From positions 32,001 to 96,000 of the forward strand of contig CAXXHA010000013.1 of the NCBI GenBank assembly GCA_963662265.2: a DNA stretch of 64,000 nt, read 5' to 3'. Positions within the stretch are counted from its first letter, which is position 1; every line of letters starts with the position of its first letter. The DNA is from Spirochaetia bacterium (GTDB lineage: Bacteria; Spirochaetota; Spirochaetia; CADAEX01). Positions 28,381 to 38,412 of the stretch are shown one piece after another. The position numbers were made by a program, and so were the translations under genes. The notes below the pieces were generated by a model. It was not told the DNA's origin and ran no database searches. It saw nothing but the letters and a program-made list of their open reading frames with translations.

Positions 28381-28665
28381 ATGACTATTGATAAACTTGG
28401 ATCAATTAACCCGATACAGAACTACAATAAGAGTGAAAAAACTGGTAAAGCTGCACCAAAAGCTGAACGCGATTCCATAAGTGTTTCTTCCGAAGCCAGA
28501 GCAATGGGTGAAGTCTTTCAGGTTGCTGAAGCTGTAAGGGAAACTCCTGATATCAGAATGGACAGAGTTGAAGAGGTCCGTGCCAAACTTAATGATCCTG
28601 ATTATATCAACGACACAGTAATCAATAGTGTAGCTGATAAAATAATGGATATGTTTAATATATAA
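28381..28665 (+). CDS. flgM: Anti-sigma28 factor FlgM
   Basis: DSISVSSEAR...PDIRMDRVEEVR...Y...VADKIM; 94 aa; sigma28 promoter upstream. Confidence 0.88.
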   Translation: MTIDKLGSINPIQNYNKSEKTGKAAPKAERDSISVSSEARAMGEVFQVAEAVRETPDIRMDRVEEVRAKLNDPDYINDTVINSVADKIMDMFNI

Positions 28666-28690
28666 TATTATTATTTAATTGTAATGAAGG

Positions 28691-28724
28691 GCAGAGAATG
28701 GGTTTTATTCTCTGCTTTTTTTTT
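28691..28724 (+). terminator. Rho-independent terminator after flgM
   Basis: GCAGAGAAT-7-ATTCTCTGC plus T9. Confidence 0.85.
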
Positions 28725-28890
28725 GAAAACAGGACGTTTTCATGCCGGACCCAGCCAGGATGGCGGATAGGGCCGGCGAGAAACAGGACGTTTTCCCCCC
28801 TGAAGGGGACGATGATGCCGGGCCCAGCCAGGACGGCGGATAGGGCCGGCGACAAAACAGGACTTTTGTATGCCGGGGCCAGCCATGGAT
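28725..28890 (+). repeat. GC-rich composite repeat of CAGGA-loop hairpins (about 2.5 units)
   Basis: GAAAAC-AGGAC-GTTTTC alternates with ATGCCGG.CCCAGCCAGGAYGGCGGATAGGGCCGGC; 10 GGA in 166 nt. Confidence 0.85.
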
Positions 28891-29115
28891 ATAATACATG
28901 TCAGGGGTGCACCTGTCCCGGGAAACGATAGTGATGCAGGTTTATTTAACTGTACCGGAACAGCTGATGTTCTTTAAGGTGTTTGTGTACAGCCCTGGCG
29001 GTAAACAATAGGTTTGTCTGCCATACTGCGTGATAAAATTTCCATGCGGGATAAAATGCCCTTGTGGTATAATAAATCAGAACCTGTTTAAGATATAAAG
29101 TAGGGGTTGCATGTT

Positions 29116-30216
29116 ATGATGCTGGATATTAATACAAAAATTATAAGCGGAAGAACAAAGAAAGAAGCTGTTTCTTTCAGCCTGAAGAAAAAAAGCAAAA
29201 GAATCCTTCTTGTTGCAGATCCTTCTGCAGATCAGGCGCTAATAAAAACTTTTACCGGGGATCTTTTGAGGACAGGTGCTGACTGTGTTGTTTATGATGA
29301 TATCCCTTCCAAGCCTACAAGCAGGATTATAGAAAATATTTCTGATATGATTACAAAAGGATTTATTGAAACAGTAGCTGCTGTGGGGGGGATGAAAACC
29401 CTGAATACCGCAAAAACAGCAACAGCTGCTGCAGGATGCGGAATTCCTGTAGATGATATACTTGATACCGAGAAAGTTCCACACTTTGCAAGTAATCTTG
29501 ATTATATTGAAATCCCGACATCCATGCGGAATCCTCTGATGTTTACCCCTTATGCTTCTGTTGTGGATGGACGAAACAGGAGCGTGAAATATATTGATAC
29601 AGGTATTGTTCCCTCTCTTGTTATCAGTGATCCTGATTTATGTGATTCACTTTCAGGAGTTGTCTTCAATTCTATTGTATTTGAACTTGTTCTGAGTGCT
29701 TTTGAAGGAACTGCGTCCCGTAAAAAAAGCTATTTTTCTGATTCTCTCAATAAATGTGCCCTTAACGAGATCCTCAATTCCGAGTATGGTATTAAGTCGG
29801 ACAGAGCTTCTGAGGTTGCTGTTTCTGTAAACATGGCGCAGGCATCTACCGGTCCCGGAATAGGATTTTTCCTGAGCAGTTACCTTAATTCAAGGTCTTC
29901 TGTTCCAAAAGCTGTTATTTCGGTTATATTGATGCCATGGATACTTGAATGGTATTTTAAAAGATACCCTGTTCTGATTGAGACTGTTAAATATATTATT
30001 CCCGGCAGTGAGGAAATGAACAGTGAGGATTTTCTCCAGCTTCTCAGGAAAAAGATAAGCATGAAGGGGCTTCCTCTGAGACTGTCGGAAACAGGTGTGA
30101 ATAAGGATATTTTTTCCTATGTCCTGTCGTCTCTGGAACAGCTTAATTCCTCCTGTGCACTGCCGTCGGAGATTTCCGAGGATGAGGTTTCAGAGATACT
30201 GCGGAAAGCATTTTAG
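29116..30216 (+). CDS. Iron-containing alcohol dehydrogenase family protein, divergent
   Basis: AVGG...AK, IPT, DPDL, GLPLRLSETG; the His metal ligands are absent. Confidence 0.7.
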   Translation: MMLDINTKIISGRTKKEAVSFSLKKKSKRILLVADPSADQALIKTFTGDLLRTGADCVVYDDIPSKPTSRIIENISDMITKGFIETVAAVGGMKTLNTAKTATAAAGCGIPVDDILDTEKVPHFASNLDYIEIPTSMRNPLMFTPYASVVDGRNRSVKYIDTGIVPSLVISDPDLCDSLSGVVFNSIVFELVLSAFEGTASRKKSYFSDSLNKCALNEILNSEYGIKSDRASEVAVSVNMAQASTGPGIGFFLSSYLNSRSSVPKAVISVILMPWILEWYFKRYPVLIETVKYIIPGSEEMNSEDFLQLLRKKISMKGLPLRLSETGVNKDIFSYVLSSLEQLNSSCALPSEISEDEVSEILRKAF

Positions 30217-30233
30217 TCAGGAAGAGATTAGAT

Positions 30234-31016
30234 ATGTACTTTACACTCAGAAAGCTTAATAAAATGAATTTCCGCCTGCGGTGCGATAAAATTTCCCTGA
30301 TACTTAAAAAAGCAGAAGAAGATGTAAGCCGCGGAAGAATGCCTGATCTACCGTATATAAAATCTGTATGCGAATCTGCACTCGAAGACCTTGAAAAGCA
30401 CAGCGCTGCTGCTGTTGCAGGAGAACTTGGAAAAATAGAATCCGGCAGTATTTCTGCCAAGGAACTGCTTTTTTCCATAAACAGTATCAGGTATATTTTC
30501 CTCTCTGAAATAGGGCGGGACCCTGCTGAGTGGGATCTTGCAACATATTCCGACAAGGCAGATTCCTCTGAACGGAAAATACTGAATATAAACGTTTATC
30601 TTGATAATATCAGATCCCCTTTTAATGTCGGGTCAGTATTCAGGACAGCTGAATCTTTCTGTTTCAATAAAATATTTCTTTCTGAATTTACCCCTTCTCC
30701 TGAACAGAACAGAGCCAGAAGAAGTTCGATGGGGACATCCGAGATTGTTGACTGGGAAAGATCTGATGTCAGGTCTCTTCCGGGCCCGGTCTTTGCACTT
30801 GAGCTTGGTGGTGATCCTGTCGGGGATTTTAATTTCCCGGAATCCGGGACTGTTGTGATCGGGTCTGAAGAGCTTGGAGTAAGCCCTGAAGCAATGAGCA
30901 GGGCTGCGAGCGAGGGGGGGGTTGTCACAATTCCGCTTTACGGACTCAAGTCATCTGTAAACGTAGGGGTTGCTTTTGGAATACTTGCCCATAACTGGGT
31001 ATCCCGGGTAATCTGA
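30234..31016 (+). CDS. TrmH/SpoU-family RNA methyltransferase
   Basis: LDNIRSPFNVGSVFRTA, GSEELG, IPLYG.KSSVNVGVA. Confidence 0.9.
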   Translation: MYFTLRKLNKMNFRLRCDKISLILKKAEEDVSRGRMPDLPYIKSVCESALEDLEKHSAAAVAGELGKIESGSISAKELLFSINSIRYIFLSEIGRDPAEWDLATYSDKADSSERKILNINVYLDNIRSPFNVGSVFRTAESFCFNKIFLSEFTPSPEQNRARRSSMGTSEIVDWERSDVRSLPGPVFALELGGDPVGDFNFPESGTVVIGSEELGVSPEAMSRAASEGGVVTIPLYGLKSSVNVGVAFGILAHNWVSRVI

Positions 31017-31186
31017 TATACTGTTTCGGGAATATGGCGATATTGAATCAGTGCCGGACATAAAGTACTCCGATGTAACTGAATAACCTGAACAGCATGC
31101 TGTCAATATCAAACCAGTGCCGTATCCTGGATACTTACAGAGTATTAAAAAATTGAATGATTATTATTTCTTTCTCAAGAAAATAT

Positions 31187-31215
31187 AAAAAAGAAACCCC
31201 GGCAATAAACCGGGG
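31187..31215 (-). terminator. Terminator
   Basis: CCCCGG-caataaa-CCGGGG preceded by an A-rich run. Confidence 0.6.
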
Positions 31216-31247
31216 CCTGTTTTATTTATATTCAGATGCTGTCAATA

Positions 31248-32732
31248 TTACTGGATTTCTGCATTCTGCTTTTCAAAAGCTTCCGCAAGTCTTTCACGTA
31301 TAATATTAAGCTGATCTTCTGTTCTTATTTTGAATTTTCTCAGTATATCTTTTGATATCTGCTCGAAAACTATCTCATCTGATTCAAGATTTGCTATCAC
31401 ATTTGCGAGATAAATTGCCTCGACTGTTCCCTTCATTTCCGGGCTTGCGAGATGAGGTTCATGGTGATATTTTATCGCTTCAATCAGCTGGTCAGGGAAA
31501 TTCCATTTTTCAGCAATTAAAGCTCCTATTTCGGCATGGTTGAGTCCCGCGGAAAGGTCTTCGAAAAGATCCCTGTCAATTTCCCTTTCCCTGCACAGTG
31601 CTGAAATCTTTTCAAGCAGAACAGGATGAGCATTGAAAAATATAATCTTTCCTATGTCATGGAGAATCCCGCCGACATATACATCATCCAGTATATCCTT
31701 GCTGTTGACCAGATATGTTTTTGCAAGGTTGTATGCATAGAATGCTGTCCTGTTTGCATGGTCCCAATGTTCCTTGAGAGCTTTCTTGAGTATTTTCTGT
31801 GTTCCGTAGGAATAGAGCAGTGTTTTGAGGCCCCGGAGGCCTACCATTTTAACTGCTTCGGCAATATTATCAACTTTCTTTGCAAGCATAAACTGCGCAG
31901 AGTTGACAAGTTTAAGAAGGTCTGCAGTCAGAGATATATCCATTGCTATGTGTTTTGCAATATCTGCTATTTCTGATTCAGGGTCATCAATCATTTTCTG
32001 TAGCTGGACAATGTTTTCAGGGAACTGAGGCAGTTCATCAATTTCCTGGACAATTTCTCTTGAAAGAACATGGAGATTTTCCTTGTGGACGTCTGAGAAC
32101 GGGATAACAAGCTGGGCTATGGTTTCATCTCCTTCTACATCTATGTCGAAGGATTCTTCATCAAGTCCCAGTTTCTTAAGCATAAGAACAAGGATAACAA
32201 GTCCCAGTCCCGCTCCTTCCGATGAGTCAAGTACTGCGCTCATTGCCTCTTCAAGTGAATTGAATGCTCTTGACCTTGCAATCCTGTCGTAGACTCTCAT
32301 CTGTTCTTTTCTGGATATTTTTACATTATTCTTTATTATGAGTTTTAATGATTCGCCGGATGCATGGAATACTATTTTGATGTATAAACCTGCATCTTTC
32401 TGTTTTTCAAGGTAATATTCAATATTACTCAGGGTAGCTTCTTTAAAGGATGCCATCCCCTCCTGATAGTCTTTTTCGTTTGTTATGTCTAGCTTCTGTT
32501 CTTCAAAGAAGACTCGTTTTGTATTAGCCTTGTTTGCGTTTACAGCCAGTTCACGCATACAGTAAGAAATCTGAGGAGTCAGTTCCTGCTGACCGAATTC
32601 TTTCAGGAAATGAAAAAGTATCGATTCAAGATACTCCTCTGTTTCGTGATTCATTTTAAAGGTTTTTATTGTCAGAGGAAGAGATGTTCTTGCCGCTTTC
32701 TGAATTTTTGCAACATCAACTGCTGGTGCCAT
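31248..32732 (-). CDS. HDOD-domain protein with N-terminal HATPase-like domain
   Basis: ELAVNANKAN...EGAGLGL; LPQFP, LLKLVNSA, LHDIGK, HAEIGALIAEKWNFP. Confidence 0.85.
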   Translation of the reverse strand: MAPAVDVAKIQKAARTSLPLTIKTFKMNHETEEYLESILFHFLKEFGQQELTPQISYCMRELAVNANKANTKRVFFEEQKLDITNEKDYQEGMASFKEATLSNIEYYLEKQKDAGLYIKIVFHASGESLKLIIKNNVKISRKEQMRVYDRIARSRAFNSLEEAMSAVLDSSEGAGLGLVILVLMLKKLGLDEESFDIDVEGDETIAQLVIPFSDVHKENLHVLSREIVQEIDELPQFPENIVQLQKMIDDPESEIADIAKHIAMDISLTADLLKLVNSAQFMLAKKVDNIAEAVKMVGLRGLKTLLYSYGTQKILKKALKEHWDHANRTAFYAYNLAKTYLVNSKDILDDVYVGGILHDIGKIIFFNAHPVLLEKISALCREREIDRDLFEDLSAGLNHAEIGALIAEKWNFPDQLIEAIKYHHEPHLASPEMKGTVEAIYLANVIANLESDEIVFEQISKDILRKFKIRTEDQLNIIRERLAEAFEKQNAEIQ

Positions 32733-33090
32733 TTTGCTACTCCTGATACATTTAAAAACTGAACTTTTAAGCTACATTCATGTCAATAAAAGTATAGTAT
32801 TTTAATTTTCATGCTGTCAAGAATTTAAAAAAAATGGGCCCTGTTACAGGGCTGTTTTGAGGAAAAATACTCAGGAAGAATTATTTTTTTGTATAGATAC
32901 CTGACATTATGTCTGGAAATAATTCATTTCACTGCATTGAAATATTTATATACAAAAAAAGATTATTTATAATCATCTGAATATTCTGACGCAAATACTG
33001 AAGAGTTCCTGCACCGCGGTCAGGCCTCTCTTCCCCTGGAGATTCTGTCCAGCAGAAATCCATAGCAGTTACAGGATTTTACCAGGGTTT

Positions 33091-35484
33091 TCAGGAGCCT
33101 GATGATTTCCCCAGGGCACTCAGTTCCTTGAGCTTCTTCTCTGCCAGGTGATTGAAGGTGTGTGCGGGAAATGTGCCTCTCCTGGTTTTTTCTCCCGGCT
33201 CCATACCTGTAAGAATTCTTATTCCGTCATCTATTGTTTTCACAGGGTATATATGGAATTCTCCCTTTTCGATGGATTTTTTTATCTCATCATTCAATAT
33301 AAGGTTTTTTATGTTTGTTTCAGGTATTATGACTCCCTGGTTCCCTGTAAATGATATTTCTCTGCATATTGAATAAAATCCTTCGACTTTTTCAGTTACT
33401 CCTCCGATAGGCTGTATTTCGCCTCTCTGGTTTACAGATCCTGTTACAGCAATATCCTGTCTTAGGGGGACTTCTGTAATTGATGATAAGAGTACATAAA
33501 TTTCAGTTGAAGATGCTGAATCACCTTCTATTTCACCGTAGGACTGTTCGAAGCAGATGCTGGAATATATTGAAAGGGGAAATTTCGATGCATATCTTGA
33601 TCTCAGGTAACCTTCAAGAATCATGACACCCTTGTTGTATATTTCGCCTGAAAGGCCTGCCTCTCTTTCAATGTTGACGATCCCTTCATCTCCCGGTGCT
33701 GTAGTTGCGGAAATCATAAACGGTTTTCCGAAAGAATAGGATCCCTTTTCATATACAGCAAGGCCGTTTATGATTCCTGTTTCCCTGCCGTCGATTTTTA
33801 TCCTTATTGTGCCGTCTTTAATAAGTGATGTGAGTTTTTCTTCCTGGAGACTGTTCAGGTACTTCTTCTCATCGACAGCTTTTTTTATCGACTCAGGGCC
33901 TATCTCATCTATCATTGCCTCTTTTGCCCAGTAATCCGCCTCTGTAAGCAGGTCTACAATCCTTGAAAACCTTGTTGTCAGTTTTTTCCTGCTTCCTGAA
34001 AGCTTTATCCCGTAATCTATGATTGCGCACATTCCTCTGTCTGTTATTTTTCTTATCTCTTTTCTGTCACAGTATCCGTCTATATACCTTATAAACTGAC
34101 CCAGATTTTCATCAGTCATTTCCATGTCTGAATCAAACTCGGCAGCAATCTTGAAGAACTTTTCAAATTCCTCATCACTGTGGTAGAGTATCTCATAGAG
34201 ATGTTCGCTGCCGATTATGATAATCTTTGTGTCAATTTTAATAGCCTCGGGTTTCATGAAAATGTTTGCAGGAATTAACGGGTTTACCTGCTGCTGTATC
34301 TGTACTTCCCCGCTTTTTAGGGCCCTTTTCAGATGGTCCCATGAATTTTCCTCCTGAAGAAGGTCTTCCGCGTTTATTACAAGGAACCCTCCTGATGCCT
34401 TTATTACTGATCCTGCTTTTACCATTGAAATTGAAGTCCTCATTTCTCCGTTTGCTTCAACTCTGTTTTCAATAGTTCCGAAAAGGTTTGATATTGAGGG
34501 GTAGGTTTCAAATATTACAGGAGCGTGTTTTTTACCCGAATTATCAACAAGTATGTTTACATCATATCTTGAAAGCTCTGCTTCAATTATCTCTTCATTT
34601 TCTTCATCATCATCAAGAAACAGGTATATCTGTTCAAGAATATCCTTTTTAAGCGATTTCAGGTATTTTGAGATTTCCTTTTCCGGGAAATCATTGTTCA
34701 GATAGTCAAGTTCTGATTTTATAATTGGTTCTACAAATTTTTTCTCAAGATCTACAAGAGTTGTCTCAAGTTCTATTTTATTATGCTGCATTTTTCTCAG
34801 GACTTCCTGAAGAGAATCAAGATGGTTGTAGTAATTGCTTCTTATTGTCTCGAATTCTTCTTCAGTAATCTTTCCCTCTTCAAGCAGTATGTGAATTTCG
34901 TCGAAATCAACAGGCTCCCCTTTTATAGATGGCATTATATCTGTTATGAGTTCATTTTCTTCTGTTGTTGAGTTTACAAGTTTGAAGCTGTCTTTTTTAA
35001 GTGCCAGTTCAAAGTTGTCGAGCAGGGATTTTTCTATATCTTCATATTTTTTTATTATCTTGTTTTTCTGTTTCTTGAATCCCTCATTCTCAAGACCGGT
35101 CCTTATTCTTTTTCTTATGGAAGTTATGAAGCTTGCCATGCTGCTTTTGAAATTCTGGGCCTTTCCCTGTCTGAAATAGAGAATTACCGGGTTTTCAGGA
35201 TGTGAAAAATTAAACACACATGCGATATCTTTTAGGGGAGAGGTTGTATTGAATTTCTCAAGTATGTTCTTAACCGCAGTATGCCTTCCTGTTCCGGTTT
35301 CCCCGGTAACAAAAATATTGTATCCCTTTTTCCTGAGCCTTGTGCCGAAGATGAGTGCTTTCTGCGCCCTCGGCTGCCCTGTGATATTGAGCGATTTGTC
35401 GAATTTTCTTAAGTTCTTTATTTTCTCTGTATCAATACTGTATTCGAGTTCTTTATTGCTTAATTCTATTATTTTATCCATCAT
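33091..35484 (-). CDS. Lon-like S16 protease (LonB/LonC type)
   Basis: GQPRA, degenerate Walker A GETGTGRHT, EQSYGEIEGDSAS catalytic Ser, TGSVNQ.G..QPIGGVTEKVEG catalytic Lys. Confidence 0.92.
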   Translation of the reverse strand: MMDKIIELSNKELEYSIDTEKIKNLRKFDKSLNITGQPRAQKALIFGTRLRKKGYNIFVTGETGTGRHTAVKNILEKFNTTSPLKDIACVFNFSHPENPVILYFRQGKAQNFKSSMASFITSIRKRIRTGLENEGFKKQKNKIIKKYEDIEKSLLDNFELALKKDSFKLVNSTTEENELITDIMPSIKGEPVDFDEIHILLEEGKITEEEFETIRSNYYNHLDSLQEVLRKMQHNKIELETTLVDLEKKFVEPIIKSELDYLNNDFPEKEISKYLKSLKKDILEQIYLFLDDDEENEEIIEAELSRYDVNILVDNSGKKHAPVIFETYPSISNLFGTIENRVEANGEMRTSISMVKAGSVIKASGGFLVINAEDLLQEENSWDHLKRALKSGEVQIQQQVNPLIPANIFMKPEAIKIDTKIIIIGSEHLYEILYHSDEEFEKFFKIAAEFDSDMEMTDENLGQFIRYIDGYCDRKEIRKITDRGMCAIIDYGIKLSGSRKKLTTRFSRIVDLLTEADYWAKEAMIDEIGPESIKKAVDEKKYLNSLQEEKLTSLIKDGTIRIKIDGRETGIINGLAVYEKGSYSFGKPFMISATTAPGDEGIVNIEREAGLSGEIYNKGVMILEGYLRSRYASKFPLSIYSSICFEQSYGEIEGDSASSTEIYVLLSSITEVPLRQDIAVTGSVNQRGEIQPIGGVTEKVEGFYSICREISFTGNQGVIIPETNIKNLILNDEIKKSIEKGEFHIYPVKTIDDGIRILTGMEPGEKTRRGTFPAHTFNHLAEKKLKELSALGKSSGS

Positions 35485-35546
35485 GCCATAATATTGTAGA
35501 TCATCACTTTGTTGTCAAGAATTGTTTTAAAATATATACTGTTTTT

Positions 35547-36308
35547 ATGAATATTAAAGAGCTGGACAGCTATTTTCGGAAACTTCTTCCAATTGATGAA
35601 ATGGAAAGAACAGATATATCCCTTAACGGGCTTCAGGTTGCGAACAAATCAGGAGAGGTTAAAAAGGCTGCGTTTGCAGTTGATGCTTCTCTTGAGTCAT
35701 TCAAGAGGGCTGCTGAGTGGGGGGCTGATATACTCTTTGTTCACCACGGTCTTTTCTGGGGAAAGCCGCTTTCTGTTACCGGATCCCACTTCGAAAGGAT
35801 CAGTTTCCTTATTGATAATAATCTGGCGCTTTATGCATGCCACCTCCCTCTTGATATGGATGAAACTCTCGGAAACAATATATCCGCGGCAAGGCTTCTG
35901 GATCTAGAAGATATTGCCCCTTTCGGTGAATACAGGGGGAAGAAAATAGGTTTTAAAGGCAGGCTTAAAAATCCCCTTACATGTGAAGAAATAATTGAAA
36001 AGGCAGGATTTGAAAAAGATGGTATACTGTCACTGATGAAATTCGGACCTGAATTGTGCAGCAGTGTGGGAATTATCACAGGCGGTGCAACACGGGAAGT
36101 TGAGCAGGCTGTCTCGGAAGATCTCGATCTCTTCCTTACAGGGGAAGTTTCTCATCAGATGTATCATCAGTGTCTTGAGGATGGAATAAATGTAATTTCT
36201 GCAGGACATTATGCAACAGAAATATACGGTGTAAAGAATGTTTCTGAAAAAGTGAGAGAAGATCTCGGAATTGAAACAGTTTTTATTGATCTTCCTACAG
36301 GATTATAA
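35547..36308 (+). CDS. Nif3-like dinuclear metal centre protein
   Basis: NGLQV, VHHGLFW, HLPLD, TGE, AGHYATE. Confidence 0.93.
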   Translation: MNIKELDSYFRKLLPIDEMERTDISLNGLQVANKSGEVKKAAFAVDASLESFKRAAEWGADILFVHHGLFWGKPLSVTGSHFERISFLIDNNLALYACHLPLDMDETLGNNISAARLLDLEDIAPFGEYRGKKIGFKGRLKNPLTCEEIIEKAGFEKDGILSLMKFGPELCSSVGIITGGATREVEQAVSEDLDLFLTGEVSHQMYHQCLEDGINVISAGHYATEIYGVKNVSEKVREDLGIETVFIDLPTGL

Positions 36309-36317
36309 TTTATACAG

Positions 36318-36875
36318 GTGGCTAAGTTGACGCGTAAAAAATCATTTCCTTTTATCCTTTCTTTAATTGTTGTTGCAGCAGACCAGATAACAAAAATATT
36401 GATAGTAAAAAAAATTGATCTGTATACTGTGGGAGCCAGTTACTTCGGTGATTTCTTCCGGATTATTCATGTTAGAAACAAGGCAATTGCGTTCAGTCTT
36501 GGACATTCTCTTCCTGACAACTTCAGGACAGCCCTGTTTTCATTCCTTCCCCTGATTATTCTGATAATACTCATCGTATATATAGTAAAAAATGAAGAGG
36601 TTACAGTTTTTCAGAGGTGGACTGCAGCAGGTATTATAGGTGGCGGATTCGGAAACCTAATTGACCGTTTTTTCCGTCCCGAGGGTGTTGTTGATTTTCT
36701 GGATGTTAAATTCTATGGCCTTTTCGGTCTTGAAAGGTGGCCTACTTTCAATGTTGCCGACTCTGCTGTTGTTGTATGCGGAACCCTGCTGTTTATTTCG
36801 ATGCTTATACCTGTAAAAAAAACAGGCAGTAGTGATTCTCCTGTCAAAGGGGAAGAGGATTCTTCAGTTTTGTAA
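36318..36875 (+). CDS. lspA: Signal peptidase II
   Basis: DQITK, N.AIAFS, GNLIDR, GVVDFL, WPTFNVADS. Confidence 0.95.
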   Translation: MAKLTRKKSFPFILSLIVVAADQITKILIVKKIDLYTVGASYFGDFFRIIHVRNKAIAFSLGHSLPDNFRTALFSFLPLIILIILIVYIVKNEEVTVFQRWTAAGIIGGGFGNLIDRFFRPEGVVDFLDVKFYGLFGLERWPTFNVADSAVVVCGTLLFISMLIPVKKTGSSDSPVKGEEDSSVL

Positions 36876-36958
36876 AACTTTAATCTTCTGGAACCGGGAA
36901 GGTTATCCTGACCTCTGTTCCGGGACTTAAAACCATATTGCCGGTGTGATACGGGTAT

Positions 36959-37399
36959 TCAGTATATGGATTTTATTTCGCTCAGGACAAATGAACTCCT
37001 CGTAGCCTTTACCCCTTTTATATCAAGTATATCTTTAAGCACTACATTTGAATAATGCTCCATATCTTCTGCGACTATTTCAAGCAGAGTATCCACATCT
37101 CCCGAAACAGCAAATACACTTACAACACTGTCAAGTGAGGCAAGACTTTCTGCCAGTTCTTTCCACCCGATATCAGGATCTCTTATAACACCGCAGAATG
37201 CCCTGACAGAAAGGCCAAGCTTCTGCCTGTCTGTTAAGGCTCTGAATCCTGTAATTATTCCCTCTTTCTTCAGTTTTGAAATTCTTCTTGAGCAGCTTGA
37301 ATGAGACAGGTTTACTTTTTCTGCAACTTCAATATTTGAGAGTCTTCCGTTTCTCTGAAGCTCTGAAATTATTTTTTTATCAAATTCATCGAGTGTCAT
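36959..37399 (-). CDS. Lrp/AsnC-family regulator
   Basis: MTLDEFDKKIISELQRNGRLSNIEVAEKVNLS; start placed at 37399. Confidence 0.92.
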   Translation of the reverse strand: MTLDEFDKKIISELQRNGRLSNIEVAEKVNLSHSSCSRRISKLKKEGIITGFRALTDRQKLGLSVRAFCGVIRDPDIGWKELAESLASLDSVVSVFAVSGDVDTLLEIVAEDMEHYSNVVLKDILDIKGVKATRSSFVLSEIKSIY

Positions 37400-37624
37400 G
37401 ATTGCAAATCCTTTGCATTTTATATGCCGAAATATTGATTTATGTAAAATAATACTTTTTTTAGCGTAGTAATGCAAATAGTTTGATAATAATGTTTGTT
37501 AAATGTAAAGATATTGCAGATGCAGAATGTGTTAGCTATAGTTTTGTGTATGACAGCATAAAAAGCTGATTCCCTGAAACAGCAGATTGATGACTTGTGA
37601 AAAAATAAATACAGGAGAAAGGTT

Positions 37625-38248
37625 TTGGATTATCAATTATTTATTTCATTTGTAATAGCAACAGCAATTTTAATACTGATACCGGGACAGAGTGTTCTCC
37701 TGACAGTTGCTCACAGTATCTCTTTCGGGTGGAAACCTGCTCTTTTTTTTACTGTTACCGGATCTGTATGCGGAATTTCAATTCAGCTTGCAATTGCTGT
37801 GATCGGGCTCTTTACAGTTATTAATGCTGCAGCAGATTTTTTTATCTGGCTGAGATGGGGCGGTGTGATATATCTTATTTATTTCGGAATAAGAATGTTT
37901 TTATCAGCATCATCAGAAGCAGGTATTGGGGAACACACAGATAATGAAAAAAGTCTTTTTCTGCAGGGGATGATTATTACTATTTTTAATCCCAAGAGTC
38001 TTCTCTTCCTGACAGCCTTCCTGCCCCAGTTTGTGGATACCGGAAAACCGCTTTTTCTGCAGTTCCTGATTATTATTCCTGTTTTTCTTTTCATCACGTA
38101 TACAATAACCGGTTTATGGGCTGTCCTTGCAGGAAAGGGGAGAAGATTCATGCATAACCGCCGTGTACATAAGATCTTTTCACAGGCTGCCGGAATTATG
38201 ATAATAACAGCCGGAATAGGACTTGTTTTTGCTGGAATCAATATATAG
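37625..38248 (+). CDS. LysE/RhtB-family amino acid exporter
   Basis: LIPGQS, GGVIYLIYFG, NPKSLLF..AFLPQF; divergent from the Lrp gene. Confidence 0.9.
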   Translation: MDYQLFISFVIATAILILIPGQSVLLTVAHSISFGWKPALFFTVTGSVCGISIQLAIAVIGLFTVINAAADFFIWLRWGGVIYLIYFGIRMFLSASSEAGIGEHTDNEKSLFLQGMIITIFNPKSLLFLTAFLPQFVDTGKPLFLQFLIIIPVFLFITYTITGLWAVLAGKGRRFMHNRRVHKIFSQAAGIMIITAGIGLVFAGINI

Positions 38249-38412
38249 TAAAGTCTGGTTTCATCTTCCTGAATTCCTGCCATAAATAATGATTCAGTAA
38301 ATATATTTGTATTTTTGGAGAATATACCTGATATGCCGTATCAGGGGATTGTATTTATTCATAATTAATACAACACTTACGATAAGACTTGTTGAAAGAT
38401 TGTGAGGCCGTC

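Noticed and set aside
28725-28890. Repeat as CRISPR, or the ORFs 28698-28931, 28655-28855 and 28705-28899 as genes
   Set aside because: The intervening sequences are themselves repeated; the ORFs are by-products of GC-rich palindromic DNA and overlap or abut the flgM terminator
33091-35484. Degenerate Walker A in the Lon-like protease as a novelty
   Set aside because: Loss of ATPase motifs is already known for LonC-type proteases
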